64,000 nt of DNA from contig DATMBG010000043.1 of NCBI GenBank assembly GCA_035559535.1, positions 62,001-126,000 of the forward strand, read 5' to 3'. Positions 59,472 through 64,000 of this stretch are shown here, one piece after another. The stretch is from Candidatus Limnocylindrales bacterium. Its GTDB lineage: Bacteria; Moduliflexota; Moduliflexia; Moduliflexales; JAUQPW01. The translations under genes and the position numbers were made by a program. Below the pieces are notes generated by a model. It did no database searches. It was not told the DNA's origin and worked only from the letters and a program-made list of their open reading frames with translations. Position 1 is the first letter of the stretch. Every line of letters starts with the position of its first letter.

Positions 59472-60239
59472 ATGTCTAAACATTTGAATAACTCACATAA
59501 ACTGCCAGAATCTCCCGAAATTAGTATTATTGTTCCTTGCTTAAATGAAGAGCAAAATATTCCCATACTGGTACAAAAATTGGAATCGGTTATTCAGCAC
59601 TACGATTTGTCTGCGGAAATTCTTATTGTAGACGATTGTAGCGATGATTATACCTTTCGAGAAGCTTTTATCTTACAAAATGAACATCCCAGAGTTAAAG
59701 CCCTGCATAAAGGACTACCTCGAGGGATAGGCCATGCCATACGATTTGGTATCCAACATGCCCGAGGACGAATGGGAGTTGTGGTGATGGGAGATTGTGT
59801 GGATCCGCTTATGGCCATTGCAGATTTCAGGAAAAAAATCCTCGGTGAAGGTTATCACCTGGCTTTGCTTTCCAGATATTTGGACCCTGAGGATTCTGCC
59901 AATATTCCTTTCTCCTACAAATTTTATCAATGGTGGTATCGATTTTTTTGCCGTTCCCTGATTGGTATAACCATTAAAGATATTACATATGCCTTTCGGG
60001 GTTTTGATATTGAATATATCCGGCAGCTTAATCTGGAATCCGGCGGGTTTGAAATTTCCCCGGAAATCACCTTGAAAACCTGGCTATCTGGGGGAAGAAT
60101 TTGTGAGATTAAAGGGCGTCAAGGCCGTAGAATTGCAGGAGAATCCAAATTTCTCTTTTCTAAACAGGGGTTTGGATATGCCCGGATCTTGATTAAAGGT
60201 ATTATCAAGAAGCGGACCGGTCGATGGATAGGATCCTGA
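59472..60239 (+). CDS. GT2 glycosyltransferase (DPM1-like)
   Basis: SIIVPCLNEE, VDDCSDD, GFEISPEI. Confidence 0.85.
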   Translation: MSKHLNNSHKLPESPEISIIVPCLNEEQNIPILVQKLESVIQHYDLSAEILIVDDCSDDYTFREAFILQNEHPRVKALHKGLPRGIGHAIRFGIQHARGRMGVVVMGDCVDPLMAIADFRKKILGEGYHLALLSRYLDPEDSANIPFSYKFYQWWYRFFCRSLIGITIKDITYAFRGFDIEYIRQLNLESGGFEISPEITLKTWLSGGRICEIKGRQGRRIAGESKFLFSKQGFGYARILIKGIIKKRTGRWIGS

Positions 60240-61801
60240 CTGTGGTGTGGAAAGTAAAGAAATTCATCTTATCTTTCCCTGGTTTGATTGCATCAACTAA
60301 GGATCGGAGCCGGAGCTGGCTCGGATTGATGTCCGTCCTACTGATTACGATCTATGTCCATGCTCCGTCCCTATATCTGGGCTTTACAGGTGACGATTTT
60401 CAGTGGTGGCAACAGGCTCGTATGGCACTGGACAAGCCTTCTCTGTTATTAGCTCCGGGAGGGGGTTACCGTCCTGTCAATACCTGGACGCTTTCCCTTA
60501 ATCATCTCCTGTTCGGTACAAAACCCCTGGGCTATCATGCCACCAATCTTTTCCTTCACCTTCTCTGCGGGGTACTTTTCTGGTTTCTCCTGGGCCGTTT
60601 TTCCCTTTCTGTCCAGGTCCGTTGGATAGTTGTTATTCTCTGGCTTTGCTCCCCTTACTCTCTGGAACCGGCGCAGATTGTCAATACCCGTTATGATCTC
60701 ATTCTACCTCTCTGCTGGCTTGCTTTGGCACTGATCTGGCCTGGACCCAGGGAATCCTGGAATCGAGGCCGCCTGGCAGGTGTTATAGTCCTTGCCGGCC
60801 TTACCCTCTTTACGGTTGAAACCTGGGTGGTACTTCCCGCTTTTGTCCTCTGCTTCGATCTTTGTTTGAGCCAGATCCACCTGCGCAGGGCGCTCCTTCA
60901 TACGCTGTGGGCGGGAATAGCACCGTTGATGTATCTCTTTATTTATTTTCTCCATCCTCCCATAGACAGGAGTATTTATTACGCGGGGGGTTTGAAAGCG
61001 GCCGCTAAAGTACCCCATGCCTGGGCCGTCTTCTCTAACCTGACCTTTCTCCATCCCTTGGAATTCCCCTTTGGAAGTAGGGAAGTACTTTCCTTGCTGA
61101 TGATGGGTTCCCTGGCCTGGTTCGGTTGGCGACGATCTCAGCCCTTGATGGGAATTGGATTTGCTTTTTTTCTGTTGCCTTTTCTTCCTATCCTCCCCGT
61201 AGGATTCATGACCACCCGCTATACGTCTATCCCGCTCATGGGATTTTTGATGATGGTTTGCGCCGGGGTACGAGAACTCCTCCTATCTTTGAAAGGTTGG
61301 CAGCAACGGGTAGCCAAAGTCCTTGTTGGGGCTGTGGTGTTGCTTGAGTTCATTGCAAACTTAGCAGGGTTACAGGGAGATATGATAGATGCCCAGAGAT
61401 ATACGGACCTCCATACCAGATTACTCACAGAAGCCCAGGCGTTTCTACCTTCCCTTCCCCGTGATCGCTTGATCGTCGCCGTCCGTCTGGAAAATGAGAA
61501 TCCACTCTTCGAACTTGCTCTGGATTCCAAAGGAATTCCTAAGCTTTACTATCCACGTCATCTGGATCCCTACGGACTTATTGACTGGGCTGCACTTCTG
61601 TCCTATGTCCTCGAGCCTGTTGGTGGACCCCTGTATGGGATAGCTCCCTTAGACGAAACCAAAACTCCTAACTATACCGTTGTAGGTCATATCCAGGGGG
61701 GTTTCGTCATATTACCTACGGACGCCCCTACGGCCTATGATGCGGCCTTGATCTGGCAAAACCAACACCGTTACGTTCGCTTCTTAAAACCCTGGCCATA
61801 G
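60224..61801 (+). CDS. Multi-TM GT-C-like membrane protein
   Basis: GFTGDDF, YRPV, GYHATNLFLHL motifs typical of TMTC/GT-C N-termini. Confidence 0.7.
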   Translation: MDRILTVVWKVKKFILSFPGLIASTKDRSRSWLGLMSVLLITIYVHAPSLYLGFTGDDFQWWQQARMALDKPSLLLAPGGGYRPVNTWTLSLNHLLFGTKPLGYHATNLFLHLLCGVLFWFLLGRFSLSVQVRWIVVILWLCSPYSLEPAQIVNTRYDLILPLCWLALALIWPGPRESWNRGRLAGVIVLAGLTLFTVETWVVLPAFVLCFDLCLSQIHLRRALLHTLWAGIAPLMYLFIYFLHPPIDRSIYYAGGLKAAAKVPHAWAVFSNLTFLHPLEFPFGSREVLSLLMMGSLAWFGWRRSQPLMGIGFAFFLLPFLPILPVGFMTTRYTSIPLMGFLMMVCAGVRELLLSLKGWQQRVAKVLVGAVVLLEFIANLAGLQGDMIDAQRYTDLHTRLLTEAQAFLPSLPRDRLIVAVRLENENPLFELALDSKGIPKLYYPRHLDPYGLIDWAALLSYVLEPVGGPLYGIAPLDETKTPNYTVVGHIQGGFVILPTDAPTAYDAALIWQNQHRYVRFLKPWP

Positions 61802-61829
61802 CTTAACCCTCCTTGAAATTTTTGGCAAA

Positions 61830-62696
61830 TTACTTATTGATGTATTTACCGATCAATAACTCAAGGTTCATAAGGGTTTGGGAAGGAGCCAGTTTGGGTG
61901 ATGTAATCAGCGCGTCTTTCAGAGCCGTCGCACAAGGGCAGGTCCGCTCTTTAGGTATCCTGGCGATCGCTCCTCTGATGATTTTTTTAGCAGTTCCTAC
62001 ATTTTTTAATAAATTGGCGATGATGGCTTCGGCGGTTACATCCTCCTCGGTTTCATGCCAGCAATCATAATCGGTTACCAGAGCCATAGTTGCGTAGCAA
62101 ATTTCTGCTTCCCTGGCCAGCTTGGCTTCTGGAATATTGGTCATTCCGATAACATCTACTCCCCATTGCCGATATATTCTGGATTCTGCCCGGGTAGAAA
62201 ACTGTGGCCCTTCAATGCAGAGATAGGTACCTCCCTGATGCATGGTGGCCCCGGCTTCTATCCCGGCCTCATATAAGATCTTGCTTAGAACCGGACATAC
62301 AGGGTCTGCAAAGGCAATATGTGCCACGAACCCCTCTCCAAAAAAAGTACTAACCCGACTTTTGGTTCGATCAAAAAACTGGTCTGGAATGACAATGTCA
62401 AGGGGTTTAATATCTTCCCGCATACTTCCCACGGCACTGGCCGAAAGTAACCACTCTACCCCTAATTTTTTAAAACCGTAAATATTAGCCCGAAAATTCA
62501 GTTCGCTGGGAAGAATTCGATGCCCCCGTCCATGTCTTGGAAGGAAAGCAATTCGAATCCCATCCAAAGTTCCCAGAACATATTCATCCGAGGGGTTTCC
62601 AAAGGGAGTATCTATCTCTACCGACTCGATATCGGTAAGTCCTTCCATTTCATATAAACCACTTCCTCCAATAACACCTATTTTGACTTCAGCCAT
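61830..62696 (-). CDS. mtnP: S-methyl-5'-thioadenosine phosphorylase
   Basis: IGVIGGSG, FLPRHG, EGPQFSTRAES, GMTNIPEAKLAREAE, VTDYDCW; start re-assigned to 62696. Confidence 0.93.
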   Translation of the reverse strand: MAEVKIGVIGGSGLYEMEGLTDIESVEIDTPFGNPSDEYVLGTLDGIRIAFLPRHGRGHRILPSELNFRANIYGFKKLGVEWLLSASAVGSMREDIKPLDIVIPDQFFDRTKSRVSTFFGEGFVAHIAFADPVCPVLSKILYEAGIEAGATMHQGGTYLCIEGPQFSTRAESRIYRQWGVDVIGMTNIPEAKLAREAEICYATMALVTDYDCWHETEEDVTAEAIIANLLKNVGTAKKIIRGAIARIPKERTCPCATALKDALITSPKLAPSQTLMNLELLIGKYINK

Positions 62697-62779
62697 ATTC
62701 TTTTCTCCTTTTCTAAATATACCTATACTTTGCCTTTTCTCGTAAGTTATTGATTTTATGTATCCACGAAGGGATAGGA

Positions 62780-62922
62780 AAGTATGGGGGTGTGGGAGTA
62801 TGGGAGTGTGGAAGTATGGGAGTATAGGAGTATATACTTCCATACTTCCATACTTCCATACTCCCCTACCCCCCTACTCCCATACTCCCATACCTCCATA
62901 CCCCCACCCTCCCATACTCCCA
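62780..62922. repeat. Octamer tandem + inverted repeat (GTRTGGRA / TCCCATAC)
   Basis: About seven direct units, then about ten complementary units, in the mtnP-ligA divergent region. Confidence 0.82.
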
Positions 62923-63028
62923 CTTTTTTGAGACTCTATTTAATTTAAAATGGATTGTCAAGGGTAGAGGTGAACGAATTCCACAGATAGGATTTAATTA
63001 ATTCAGGTTATAAAATTATTGACTCTGA

Positions 63029-64000
<972 letters not shown>

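Noticed and set aside
62780-62922. CRISPR array
   Set aside because: The units are 8-nt tandem repeats without unique spacers, and no cas genes are present. The same applies to 43212-43310 and 8025-8065.

Overview
This is a 64 kb bacterial chromosomal segment of moderate GC content, read with the standard code 11 (TGA is the ordinary stop in many genes here). About 1-36 kb is a metal/redox accessory region. It holds a minus-strand envelope redox operon (two TlpA thioredoxins, a CcdA/DsbD-like membrane protein, small Cys proteins, two Asp-box beta-propellers), LysR and MerR regulators, a CzcBA-type RND pump, TolC plus multicopper oxidase, Met-rich periplasmic proteins, CopA with its usual satellites, archaeal-type GAPDH/UbiB/PfkA, a Rieske protein and an MBL-rhodanese. 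About 36-64 kb is mostly housekeeping and envelope glycosylation: a sigma54 two-component system, PaaK-like ligase, recG, gamma-CA, a GT2/GT-C/methyltransferase cluster, a second CzcBA, mtnP and partial ligA. Main discoveries: (1) The two 'split' beta-propeller ORFs at 847-1812 are one reading frame interrupted only by TGA-TTT-TGA and followed by an fdhF-like SECIS hairpin. This is a candidate exported double-selenocysteine (U-F-U) beta-propeller inside a TlpA/CcdA redox operon. (2) Four paralogous ~100-aa Cys/His, two-hydrophobic-segment, 'xPP'-tailed upstream ORFs head metal/redox operons and look like metal-sensing ribosome-arrest leaders. (3) An unannotated 58-aa CPACxxCP protein lies behind merR, under a MerR operator. 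(4) Several short-repeat/REP families are present and also invade coding frames. No rRNA, tRNA, CRISPR array, transposase or Sec-insertion gene (selA/B/C/D) was recognised in the window. All family assignments come from motif recognition by eye; no database searches were run.
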